DNA of 64,000 nt from Octopus vulgaris. Lineage: Eukaryota. Made by a program: the position numbers and the translations under genes. Where the stretch lies: positions 29,450,001-29,514,000 of the forward strand of contig OX597814.1 in the NCBI GenBank assembly GCA_951406725.2, given 5' to 3'. The number at the start of each line of letters is the position of its first letter. Position 1 is the first letter of the stretch. The notes under the pieces are model-generated. The model was not told the origin of the DNA. It saw nothing but the letters and a program-made list of their open reading frames with translations, and did not search any database. Below are positions 39,001-53,000 of the stretch, piece after piece.

Positions 39001-39982
39001 AATTTGAAACCAATATTACAATACAGTGGTTAAGTATTTTGTATGCATTCAATACTGTGCTTTAATCTTTTTGGTTCTGTGCCATCCAGGAGAAATATCC
39101 CCAAATATCTTTCAACTACATGCAACAGTAAAAACTGGAATAAGATATAAATGAACTTAAGACCAAGTAACAGATAAAAAAGACCATCAAGTATTGCTCT
39201 CCCCATCTCTCTTCAATTATCCTCTCCACCGTTTCTCTTCTATCATTCTGGTTCTCATTCAACATTCCCTCTTCTTTCATCCTCCCAGTCAAGTTGCTTC
39301 TAATCAGTCTCCTTGTCAACAACATTCATGTAACTGTGTGTGTTTATTTTAACACCAACACCTGGTTCTTGGATGCCGTTAGCAAAGTTCACTGTGTTGC
39401 AAACATTCAGGCCAGCTCTCAGTTCTGAGGTTAAATTCCTCCCTTCATTTCACCACCCTCAGAGACCTTGAAAAGACAAGGGTCATGGGTACTACTCTTC
39501 TTTTCCTGACTAAGTAGTAAAAAAGACATCCTCTTTAATGTTTATACCACAATAAAATGGACACAACACTGTAAAGTGATTGGCAATAGGAAGGGCATCA
39601 AGCCATAGAAGTTACAACATTACCATTGCATCTTTTTTTTACAGACACAGTGTATCTTGGACAACATTATCCAATGTTTCCTTCTTTTTCTAAGATGAAA
39701 AGGTAGAAATTTGGGTTAACCAGTCTTGTGAGTGGGTTTGATAAACAGAAAGAGAAAGAAGCTGTTATTTGTGTACCATTGTTTTGGCACCATATAAAAT
39801 TTTTTTATCTTTTATCTATTACAGGAGTGGCTGTGTTGTAAGTAGCTTGCTTACCAGCCACACGGTTCCAGGTTCAGTCCCACTGCATGGCATCTTGGGC
39901 AAGTGTCTTCTACTATATAGCCTAAGGCCGACCAAAGCCTTGTGAGTGGATTTGGTAGACGGAAACTGAAAGAAGCCCGTCG

Positions 39983-40017
<35 letters not shown>

Positions 40018-40792
40018 TTGTGTGGCTGTGTTTGTCCTCTCAACATCGCTTGACAACTGATGCTGGTGTGTTTACGTCCCCATAACCAAACGAAAGAGAC
40101 TGATAGAATAAGTACTAGGCTTACAAAGAACAAGTCCTGGGGTCGATTTGCTCGACTAAAGGCGGTGCTCCAGCATGGCCACAGTCAAATGACTGAAACA
40201 AGTAAAAGAGTGAAAAGAGAGAGTACTAGTTTCAGTCATTAGACTGCAACCATGCTGGGACACCATCTTAAAGAATTTTTTAGTCAAAGGAATCAATCCC
40301 AGTCCTTTTTCTTTTGAAGCCTGGTATTTATTCCATCAGTCTCTTTTGCTGAACTGGTAAGTTATGGGGATGTAAACACACCAACACCAGTTGTTAAGCT
40401 GATATGATAGGGTTCCATACAGTTTCTGTCTATCAATTACACTCACAAGGCTTTGGTTAGCCAAAGACTATAGTAGAAGACTCTTGCACAAGATTGCCAC
40501 CCTGAGGTCGAACTGAAAACAACTTTGTTATGAAATAAACTCTGTAAACATATAACCATTCCCAGCCAAGTCTTAAAAAAATATGAATATTATTAAGTTC
40601 CTATTTCAATCCTCTAAAAATAACAACAACAACAATAAAAAGACTGCCAGCTACAGCAACAAACCAAGTATTTCTGTAGTCAATGTCCAGTCACCCTATT
40701 GATTTTTTTTTTCTATAAGCATTACTGCCTTTCCAATAATACAAATATTTCCATTAAAATTCCTTACTTTCATTGAAATCATTTTATACATG

Positions 40793-40828
<36 letters not shown>

Positions 40829-43800
40829 GATGGGCTACAGCAAATATTCTGCTCAATACCACAGATTTGTTTGTCAGTTGTTTGACCTTAACCAGTTGAC
40901 CATGTCCCTTAGTGGCTGACGATATGTGCATCTCTGATCATGAGCAGAAGTAGTGGGGGAGCATCATAACCGTGTGTTGAAAGAAATTCCTTAGAGGTTT
41001 GGATAATTCACCTTTGGAAACAAGGGTGATTTGTTCAACATCCTTAAATGATCCTTATTCAGGGACCTTTTGAGTGGGATGGGCTACCAGAAGAAAATTT
41101 TAACTGGGGCCCCACCTGCAAGGTCACGCGCTGTTTATCTTGATATGAGATCACCATGTCGCGCACATATAGTTGTGATGCATGTGCCTGGTCTACCCTT
41201 ATCAGACGAGTAGTCATGATGGGTATACTGGGCTTCGTATATTTTACCCCAGTGTCGCTTTGATAGCATGCACTGCTCTCTCACTCAATAATGATAATAA
41301 TAATAATAATGATAATAATAAGCCTTTTTACTACAAGCACAAAGCCTGAAATTTTGGGGGAGATGGCTAGTCAATTACATTGACCCCAGTGTTTCACTGG
41401 TACTTAATTTATCGACCTCGAAAGGATGAAAGGCAAAGTTGACCTCAACAGAAACTGAACTCAGAACATAGTGACAGGTGAAATACCACTAAGCATTTCA
41501 TCCAACATGTTAATGATTCTACCAGCTTCCTGCCTAATAATAATAATAATAATAATAATCCTTTCTACTATAGGTACAAGGCCTGAAATCTGTGAAGGGA
41601 GAGGATGAGTCAATTACATCAACTCCAGTATTTCACTGGTACTTAATTTATCAACCCCGAAAGGATGTAACGCAAAGTCGTCGATCTGAACTCAGAATTG
41701 AAAGTTCTATTTACAGACATAGAATTGTTGGTAGGAAAATGTTTACATATAACCTATCCATTATTGGTAAAGCTTCTTAGTAAAGCACAAGGTCAGATGT
41801 CTGCAGGGAAGGAATAATAATGAATGGAACTGAAGTATTTTACCAGTACTAATATTAACAGCCCCAAACAGATTAAGCCAATGAGGAAGGTTCTTGAGTC
41901 AATGAAGGAGCCTTTATATGGTTGTGCAGCCTGCTAAATATAATAAAAACACAAAAAAGGAAGGATGCACAAGATAAAGAAGTCATGGATATACATAAAA
42001 ATTGAATGACCCCCCAGAATGCATTTATCATAGGTTTGTTTGGTCAGGCTGACTCGGGGTAAAGAACAATGACACCCAAAAGATTTAGTTGACGGCATCC
42101 CTCCCCAGATTTATAGCTATTTACTAATTGCGGAGAAAGCTAGCAGAATCATTAGAGCATTGAACAAAATGCCTAATTGTATGTATTTCTTCTGAGTCTT
42201 TCAATTCTAAATTCAAATCCTGCCAAGATCAACGTTGTCGTTTCTCCTTCTGGGGTTGATAAAATAAAGTACCAGTCAAGTATTGGAATTGAAAGTATCA
42301 ATTTATCCCCTTCCATCGAAACTGTTGGCTTTGTGTCTACATCAGAAATCATAATTATTCTTCTGACATTATATTTTTGCTATTAAGTGTAATAATAAAT
42401 AGTGCTACGTCTGTAATTAATTGATAACATTACTAGCGGAAACTGCAGAAATTCCAGTTATTTGGAACTTTATATAACACACGCATCATCATCATCATTG
42501 TCATTTAACGTCTGCTTTCCAAGCTGGCATGGGTTGGATGGTTTGACTGAGAACTGGTAAACCGGGAGGCTGCACCAGGCCCCAATCTGATTTAGCAAAT
42601 GTTTCTACAGCTGGATGCCTTTCCTAACACCAACCACTCTGACAGGGTGGTGGGTGCTTTTTACATGCCACTGGCACACGTGCCAGTCAGACTGCACTGG
42701 CATTGGCCACACTCAAATGGTACTTTTTACATAAAAATATGCAGATATATTTATTGTAATTGTCTTATACACAGGCTGTGTGGTAAGTGGCTTACTTACC
42801 AACCACATGGTTCTGGGTTCAGTCCCACTGTGTGGCACCTTGGGCAAGTGTCTTCTACTATAGCCTTATTTATTTATTTATTGAAACAGATGGTACCCTG
42901 CTATCACTTCCATCCTCTTAACTTTCTGCTCTTTCTTTTGCATGTTTACATTAACTCCCATTTTTACTCAGCCTCTCACATATTTGAATCCTGTCTTATA
43001 CACACACTTAAGCTTTCTCTCCCTTTCTCTTTTCAAGCTAGCATTATCTTTCTCTCTTTTATAATTCCTTCTTTCTGACATTTCAATATAAACACCGCCA
43101 CCGTTATCAGTTTTTATTTTCTACTAGCAGTATCGCTCGGCATTGCTCGGGTTTGTTTCAAACCCTTTAGAATTGGAATTTTTGAAATGTAAAAATTTTG
43201 CATTTTGTAGCTTGTTATTCTCTTTAAGTGAACATTTTTCTGGTTGAAATACACCGAAAAATGGCAACAAAACAGTCAAAAAATCATTAAAAAATAGGGA
43301 TTTTTATAGAAAAAAAGCACCTTTTTGATGTAAATAATTTTTGGTTTTAACATGGCCCGATTTGAATTTTTTTCTTCTAGGGAAGGAAGAGCAAGCCTTC
43401 TTCTATCATACTCTCAATTTTGGTCAACTTGCACCGCAGGGTCTCGGAGGAGATAGTGTTAGTTGAAGGCTACCAAACCTGCCATACACAGACAACTTCA
43501 GCTTTATAATATATAGAGATAGAGATAACGTTAACTCAATTTCCCTATTTGTATATTTCACTACATCTTTCTCTTTTCCCATTCATCATTATTAATACTT
43601 TAACCACCATAACTCCATTGGTTATGACAACGAGGATTGCAGTTGATCCAATGAAAGGAACAGCCTGCTTGTGAAATTAACATGCAAGTGGCTGAGCACA
43701 CCACAGTCATGTGTACCCTTAACGTAATGAAAAGGCTGGTCCTTTTGAATTTCCGGTACAACTCATTTTCACCAGCTGAGTAGACTAGAACAACGTGAAA

Positions 43801-46102
43801 TAAAGTATCTTGTTGAAGGACACAACGCGTCGCCAGGAATTGAACTTATGATCTTATGATTATGAGCCGAATACCCAAAACATTAAGCCACGTGCCTTTA
43901 TCACCACCATAACTACCATCTGTTTCTTTATAACCATTTGAGTTACTTCCCTTAGAATGGCAAACTGTAGGCAGAAATGTACTATTGTATTAATAAACAG
44001 ATTATTGTTATTAATAATAACATATACTTCTTGCAAATATAGAAATGAGGAATTAGTTTTAATTTCATTTCAATAAATAAATAAATATATTCATTTTGAA
44101 AATAAGTATCCAGCAACCATGAAATTAGAAAAATGTAAAATTATTATAATTGTTTTCTACTCTAGGCACAAGGCCTGAAATTGTTAGATCGATGCCAGTA
44201 TGCAGCTGGTACTTAATTTATCGACCCCGAAAAGATGAAAGGCAAAGTTGACCTCGGCAGAATTTGAACTCAGAACGTAAAGACAGACGATATACTGCTA
44301 AGCATTTTGCTCAGCTTGCTAACGTTTCTGCCATTATATGATGAGTAATACTCTACTCTTTTAATAAATCATCTCAACTCATTTTTCTCCAATAAGTACT
44401 TTCAGTTATCTCTAGATAGGAGGAGCAGGTGTAGCTGTGTGGTAAGGAGTTTGCTTCCCAACCACATAGTTTCAGGTTCAGTCCTACTGTATGGCACTTT
44501 GGGTAAGTGTCTTCTACAAGAGCTCCAGGTTGACCAAAGATGTGTGAGTGGACCTGATTGATGGAAACTGAAAGAAGCCTGTCATATGTGTGTGTGTGTG
44601 TATGCATGTATGCGTGTGTGTATGTGTGTCTCACCACCACTTGACAACTGGTGTGGATTTGTTTAAGTCCCTGTAACTTAGCAGTTTGGCAAAAGAAGCT
44701 GATAGAGTAAGAACAAGACCACATCATCATCGTTTAACATCTGCTTTCCATGCTAGCATGGGTTGGACGATTTTGACTGAGGGCTGGTGAGCCAGATGGC
44801 TGCACCAGGCTCCAATCTTGATCTGGCAGAGTTTCTACAGCTGGATGCCTTTCCTAACGCCAACCACTCCAAGAGTGTAGTGGGTACTTTTTACATGCCA
44901 CCGGCACAGGGGCCAGTCAGGTGGTACTGGCAATGACCTTGCAACAAAAAAATAAAATAAGTACAGGGGTTGATTTGTTTGACTACTTTTTCACTAACAG
45001 GTATATTAAAGCAAGTATTAAAAATAACACTCTCCAAAAGATCTTTACACTAAATTATGACAGAATGTTTTTATTTAAACATGAATACTTCAAAATATTC
45101 TTTTCTATCAAAGAATGAGAGGTGATCTTAGACAGGCTGGTATCAAAAGATTAAACTATGTTTGCAAGAGACAAGCTTAGTAGATTCTATTAAAAACTTA
45201 ACTGGCACTAAGAGTTACACAATAAAGTAAAGAAACTTGTAACAGCTGGAAAGAAATGCAAACAATAAGCTAGCCATGTTGTGTACTAAAAGAAATGTAG
45301 TCGTGGGAATTCAATAACTGGAGCAAATGTCAGATTGACAATTAATGTTAACCAGAGCAAAGGTAAGCTAGGGAAGACATAGAATGAGGTTATAAGAAGT
45401 GACCTTTATAGATCAGGAATTTACAGAAATCAATAAGGACAGAATAAAGTAAAAGGAATTCTATAATGCTGACCCATCCAATTCATTCAAGCATGGGAAA
45501 AATTCTACAAAACAGCATTAATTGCTATAGCTGAAGGGCAACTGTAATTACCCAAACATTTTCTGTTTTCATGAGCAATATTTGTTTTCTTCCTGTTTTG
45601 ATAAAATGTATTAGAATTATTGACCAAACAATCAACAGCCACACATCAAAATAAATGTTTTTCTTAGAAAGTAAGTTAAACTTTTACACGTGTCTTCCCA
45701 GACAGATTAAAATTATACAGTTGGGGTTCGGCTTGAACATTTGTACATCAGTGACATCAATATGTGCAGGAAAAGCACAAATAGTGATGAAATTCCAAAT
45801 AGATTATGGTTCTGGAAAGGAAGGAAAAGACTAAAAACTTTGTGTGTGGTGTTGGGGGAAATAAAACATATTGAGATTGAAGAGATAGTGAAGAGGGTGT
45901 ACAGCCAGCTAGTTCGGGGAAGGAGATGCATCAGAAGAGCCAAAAGAGGGGAAACCATGCATCTGTAAGTTATTGAAAGCAACATATTAGTGAGTAGATC
46001 GGTGCTGATTAATTGAATGACATTTTGTTAAGATGCAACCTAAGATATCCATGTGTGCAACTGCATCACTGTACCACACATGTGAACAGTATTTCAATGT
46101 AT

Positions 46103-46140
<38 letters not shown>

Positions 46141-48737
46141 AACCTCGCTAAGATAAATATTTCAATTACCTGAAGATTGACTGTAACCATAACTCGAATT
46201 ATTACGAATTGGACAGCCATGAAACGATCGTAGTGTTTTACTCATTATCTTTTATTAAACTTTTAATACTTTTGATATATATTTAAAATAATATAAATTA
46301 ATTCATTTTATGTATTGGCTTAAGTTTTCCATTGTTTGATTTGCCTAATAGTGGTTTTATCTCTAATTTAATATAATATATATATATATATATATATACA
46401 AGCAAAACGTCCCCTGTCCAATGGACAGTGCTGAGTTGTCAAACATTTAAACCAAATTTTCTCAAAACAACTTGTCCGACTGTCCCATAGGCCTCCCTCT
46501 TGAGAAACACTGATTTAACCTAAATTTGAGACACCAGCAAAAGAAGAAGTAAAGATAGACTTTTTTTCTATTCCAAAGAAAAACGATTTTATTCACACAA
46601 ATATGCAACCGAAGAGTTTAAAGTACCAGTAATGATAAAGCTGTTGACTGAGAGAACACAAACATGGTTTAAACAGTAAGCTTGGCAGAAAAAAAAACGT
46701 GCCTTTAAGTAGTACAAAAACAACAAAAAATGGAAGGTGCAGTTATGTACAGGTTGACGGAAGAAAAGCAAGACAAAAACGGCTTTATCGATCACATTCT
46801 CACCTGGAATCGAGTTTTGTAATATTTTCAAGACTTATACATGCCATGATACCGTCGGTATCTACATATCAAATTTGAGTGCAATCGGATGGAGGATGCT
46901 CGAGATCCTAGAAGCCACACACACAGACAGACAGAACGATTTTATATAATAGATATATATATGTATCTATCACACAGTTCCTTGCTACCTTTTTGATTTG
47001 TAAAACTAAATCCATCTCAACAGATTTAAAAGACAAAAAAAAAAACAAAAACCGATGACTTTATGACTTAATTGAGTTTCATAAATATTCTTGAGTTTGA
47101 TATCATACTGAAGCGATCAAGTCTAGATTGAAATAAATGTATGCAATTGCAATTTTATTATTTTTATTACCTCATTACTAAGAAATAAATTAAACATGAT
47201 TCTACAGTTGAATTTCAATTGTTATACAAAATGCTTTGTAGTATTTTCTCTGCTGGCTTTTTACATTCTGAGCTCACATTGCACTAAGATCAATGCTGTC
47301 TTTCATCCTTCAGGTATTGTTTTAACTGACTGCCTTCTCACTCAAATTTCTAGTCTTGTGCCTATGTTAGAAATTACCATCATCACTATACATCATCTAT
47401 GATACAAAATAAGTAAATATGAACTAGATTCTTTGAAGGTAAAAAGGATGGAGCAATAAAAAAAATGCTTATAGAAGTTCAGGATTCCTAGTCATTATAT
47501 AAACAACAAGAGTAGGTTTATTAATGTGTGATGATGGGTATCATATGTTTGATTGTGACGACAACTGCCATAACAATTATGTGAAAAACCAACCAAGAAC
47601 TACATCTTGCTTGCCATAAATATACACACATGCTGAAGCAAGGTAGCAACCGAAACCAAGGCTGGAAAAAGGCTTAAACATTTGAATTTATTAGAAAATT
47701 ACAATTTGTAAATCTCACAATGAAAGATATTCAGCAAGAGTACTTTGGAGTAAAGATCCTGGGGCTAAATTACAGCAATATTCATCCTAAACCAGGACTG
47801 CCATGTTATGTTGGCAAACAATCTTTAATCTGAAATTATATACTCTTTCTACCCTTTTACTTGTTTCAGTCATTTGACTGTGGCCATGCTGGAGCACTGC
47901 TTTTAGTTGAGCAAATCGACCCCAGGACTTATGCTTCGGTCTTTTTTGTAGAACAACTAAGTTACGGAGACGTAAACACACCACCATCACTTGTCAAGCA
48001 ATGGTGAGGGGATAAATACAGACACACAAACATATACACACACATACACATAAATATATATACATATATACGACGGGCTTCTTTCAGTTTCCGTCTACCA
48101 AATCCACTCACAAGGCTCTGGTTGGCCTGAGACTATAGTAGAAGACACTTGCCCAAGGTGCCACGCAGCGGGACTGAACCCGGAACCATGTGGTTGGTAA
48201 GCAAGCTACTTACCACACAGCCACTCCTATGCCTATATATTCAACATCATTGTTTTTGAAGGTTGATTTTTTTTTCTATGTCCTGCTGGCTCCAACTTTC
48301 ACTTGTTACCACATACGGGGCCACTTCTCCTGCTATTTTGAATGATAAACTATTCAGTGGCTGTATATGGTTTTATAACATGTAAACAACAACACAGTCT
48401 ATATAGCTACATTGTATGCAGCACACAACACACTAAGATGACTCAAACACACTCATGCATACACACACACACACACAAATGTACAACAGGCTTTTGTACA
48501 GTTTCTGTCAGTCAATTCTTTACAGCACATTGGTCAGCTTGAGGTTATAGGGGAAGACATCTACTCATAGTGTTACACAGCAGAAAACCCCAAACCACAT
48601 GGCCATGTTTGTGCTATGACCATGAATATTGGATATCCTCAACAAGAAAATACTGATCTGCTACAAATAGCAGCCAAAATTATCTAAGGTTACACTCCTA
48701 CTGCTTTTAAAAAAGGGCACAGTCTTAGTTATTATGA

Positions 48738-48768
<31 letters not shown>

Positions 48769-49972
48769 CTAAGGCAGTGAGCTGGCAGAAGCGTTAGCAC
48801 GCTGGTCGAAATGCTTAGCAGTATTTCACCCATCGCTACGTTCTGAGTTCAAATTTGACTTTGCCTTTCATCCTTTTAGGGTTGATAAATTAAGTACCAG
48901 TTATGCACTGGGGTCGATGTAATGGACTTAATCCCTTTGTCTATCCTTGTTTTTTCCCTCTATGTTTAGCCCCTAGTGGGTAATAAAGAAATAAGAAGCG
49001 TTAGCATGCTGGACGAAATGCTTAGCAGTATTTCACCTACTGCTACGTTCTGAGTTCAAATTCCACCGAGGTCAACTTTGCCTTTCATCCTTTCAGGGTT
49101 GATAAATGAAGTACCAGTGAAACACTGGGGTCGATGTGATCGACCAGTCCCCTCCCTCAAAATTTCAGGCCTTGTGCCTATAACAGAAAGGATTATTATT
49201 TTTGTTAATAAGAAGGCAGCAACCTGGCAGAATCGTTAGCATATCTTTTGGCTACAAATTCCGAGTTCAAATTCCACCAAGGTTGACTGTGTTTTTCATC
49301 TTTTCGGGATCAATAAAATACATACTAGTTCAGCACTGGAGATCAATGTAATTGACTAGTCCCTCCCCACGAGAACTGCTGGCGCTGTGCCAAAATTAGA
49401 AACGATCATTATTATAATTATTAAGAGCAATAGATTGGCAAACTTTTTGGAGCATAGTACAAAATGCTTTACAGTTTTTAGTCATGGCGCTTTAAGTTCT
49501 GAGTTCAAATCCTGCTGTGGTTAACTTCACCTTTCAGTCCTCCAGGGTCAATGAAATAAAGTACAAAACACACAGGGGGTTGATTGACAAATTCCTAAAA
49601 TTTCTATCCTTGTGCCTATGTTAAAAACAATTGTATTTAATACTATATGCATTGTGTTAAATAGACGGATATGCTCAAATTAGCTCCATAGAAGAACTAG
49701 ATTTATTATGCATGGATTTAATTCAAGAAAGTTTTTTTGAGATTATTTACAAATTTTGGAGAGGAGAAAATAAGGTTTGCCTTTAGGGTAGCAGGAAGAG
49801 ATGCTTGCCACAGTGGGAGTAGCTCTAACATACACAAATATGCCTCCAGGTAAAAAATAAAATATTTAACAACAAATAAGCAAAGTCACACACAGTGAAG
49901 AAAATGATTTTGTAACAGAATGTGGGATTTCTATTGATTTATACTGAATGAAAATAACAACAATTCTCATAT

Positions 49973-50008
<36 letters not shown>

Positions 50009-53000
50009 CACATTTTTTCAAATAACAATGTTATTAGCATTAGTAGTAGTTTTGTAAACATTGTTTGTTAAAGGAAGTTTTTAGATGTGGCCAATGTGCA
50101 GAGAAAAAATTTGGGCATAAGAGTTATCAGATGTAGTGTGCAAGAAAGAAAATTGCACTAGTATGGATATGTATGAATGAGAATTGTCATATAAGGAAGT
50201 GCCAGTCATGGATAGCGCTTGTGGAAGAGGGAAACCCAGGAAGATATGGGGCAAAGTATTGAAGGCCAATCTCAGGATTTTGAACCTCAAAGAGATGACA
50301 AAAAACTGGTATACTCTTTACTCTTTTACTTGTTTCAGTCATTTGACTGCGGCCATGCTGGAGCACTGCCTTTAATCAAGCAACTCGACCCCGGGACTTA
50401 TTCTTTGTAAGCCCAGTACTTATTCTATCGGTCTCTTTTTGCTGAACCGCTAAGTGACGGTGACCTAAACACACCAGCATAACTTGTCAAGCAATGCTAG
50501 GGGGACAAATACAGACACACAAACATATATATATATACATATACACGACGGGCTTCTTTCAGTTTCCGTCTACCAAATCCACTCACAAGGCTTTGGTCAG
50601 CCCGAGGCTATAGTAGAAGACACTTGCCCAAGGTGCCACGCAGTGGGACTGAACCCAGAACCATGTGGTTGGTAAACAAGCTACTTACCACACAGCCACT
50701 CCTGCGCCTGGTATGATTGGAAAGGGGCACTGCTTAAGATCAGTTCATCACAACAATGCTCACAATCTGGAAATGCAATGGGTATGTGTGTGTGTACATA
50801 TGTAGACATAACTGTACCCTAGCCCTATTTCCTCTGTGAGCCTTCCCTACCATGCATTGTCCCTTTATCACTGAGCTCTTCATTACCTTTATAACTATAG
50901 TATTTTGCTGTTGTAGTTAAATTAGTAGCAGGACTGCATACTTCATCATCTGTTCTGGGACACCAGTTTTCTATTCCCCTTTCCAGAACTACTTCACTCA
51001 TGTAGCAAAGACTGTTTGCCAACATAACATGGCAGTCCTGGTTTAGGACTAATGTTGCGGTAATTTAGCCCCAGGAGACATCGTCTCCAGCCAGCTTTAC
51101 GACACGATCTGTGTCCTTACATTTTCGAACATCATCCATTCTTTATTCTTAACTAGCAGTATTGCCTGGCGTTGCTCGGGTTTGTAAGGGAAATAACTAT
51201 ATAAGCATTTTTAGAGAGTTACTTCCCTTATAGATGCCAATTCGGGCTTTCTTAGCCATTTCTGTTTTGGTGTCTTCAAGCCATGAAGTCGTTGTTCTAA
51301 AAGAACGCTGGTCTCCTTGACAACGCTTTACAACGTTGATTTCCTTACACTCCCTTCCCCACAGCTTCACGAGGGAGGGAAGAAGGGGGAGAAGCAACAC
51401 AGGTGCAGGTGTGAGCATGGACGCCAACTCCGCCGCCATCGACACGAAAAATTATGCATTAAAATGGAATAAAAAATGATGTTAAATTATTTTTAAAATC
51501 ATAGACTCATCGTAGACGCGCGCTAATAGCCAGACGGGCTCGATATGAATCACGACTATAAGATACCTGGTTTTGGTTAAACTGCACCGCAAAATGTGGG
51601 AGTAGTTAGGAATCTAAATCGAAGGGGACAGACACTCACACAACTACAGTTTTATATATATATCCGAAGACCCGGCAAGACTAGTCAGGTCATAACCCGT
51701 GGACCCTAGCTGGGACGTAGTCAGTCCACCTGTACATACCTTCCTTCTTGCGACACTTGTGAAGACCTGTTGAGGCAAGTGAAAATCAAAATCAAAACAA
51801 ATCAACATAGATGAACATCAATGGAATTTGTATCTTTGTGGTACCAGTGCCGGTGGCACACAAGAATCCATCCGAACGTGGCCGTAGTCAGTACTGCTTG
51901 TGGTACCAGTGCCGGTGGCACACAAGAATCCATCCGAACGTGGTCGTAGTCAGTACCGCATCACTGGCCATCGTGCTGTGGGCACATAACAAACACCATC
52001 CGGTCGTGGCCGTTCACCAGCCTCATCTAGCACCTGTGTCGGTGGCACATAAAAAGTAGTCAGTACCGCTTGTGGTACCAGTGCCGGTGGCACACAAGAA
52101 TCCATCCGAACATGGCCGTAGTCAGTACCGCATCACTGGCCATCGTGCTGTGGGCACATAACAAACACCATCCGGTCGTGGCCGTTCGCCAGCCTCATCT
52201 AGCACCTGTGTCGGTGGCACATAAAAACACCATCCGAAGACCCGGCAAGACTAGTCAGGCCATAAACCATGGCCCCTACCTGGGACGTAGTCAGTCCACC
52301 TGTGTATACCTTCCTCCTTGTGATACTTGTGAAGGCCTGTTGAGGCAAGTGAAAATCAAAATCAAAATCAAATCAAAACAAATCAAAATAGATGAACATC
52401 AATGGAATTTGTATCTTTGTGGTACCAGTGCCTGTGGCACACAAGAAATCCATCAGTGCTGTAGTCAGTGCGGTGGGCACATGACAAACACCATCCGATC
52501 GTGGCCGTTCGCCAGCCTCATCTAGCACCTGTGTTGGTGGCACATAAAAACACCATCCGAAGACCCGGCAAGACTAGTCAGGCCATAACCCATGGCCCCT
52601 ACCTGGGACGTAGTCAGTCCACCTGTGCATACCTTCCTTCTTGTGACACTTGTGAAGACCTGTTGAGGCAAGTGAAAATCAAATCAAAATAGATGAACAT
52701 CAATGGAATTTGTATCCATGTGGTACCAGTGCCGGTGGCACGTGGCACACTAGAAAACCATCCGAACGTGGCCGTAGCCAGTACCGCATCGACTGGCCTC
52801 CGTGCTGTGGGCACGTAACAAGCACCATCCGATCGTGGCCGTTTTGCCAGCCTCATCTGGCACCTGTGTCGGTGGCACATAAAAACACCATCCGAGCGTG
52901 GCCGTCTGCCAGCCTCGTCTGGCACCTGTGTCGGTGGCACATAAAAAAACACCATCCGAGCGTGGCCGTTTGCCAGCCTCGTCTGGCACCTGTGTCGGTG

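Noticed and set aside
45740-46100. YCSHVW-like peptide on the - strand (similar remnant at about 4790-4890 on +)
   Set aside because: Probably a very decayed LINE RT C-terminus; too degraded to delimit or classify
47757-51075. About 70-bp inverted match between about 47757-47826 and about 51007-51075
   Set aside because: More likely two dispersed copies of a repeat than TIRs of one 3.3-kb element; no TSD or transposase seen
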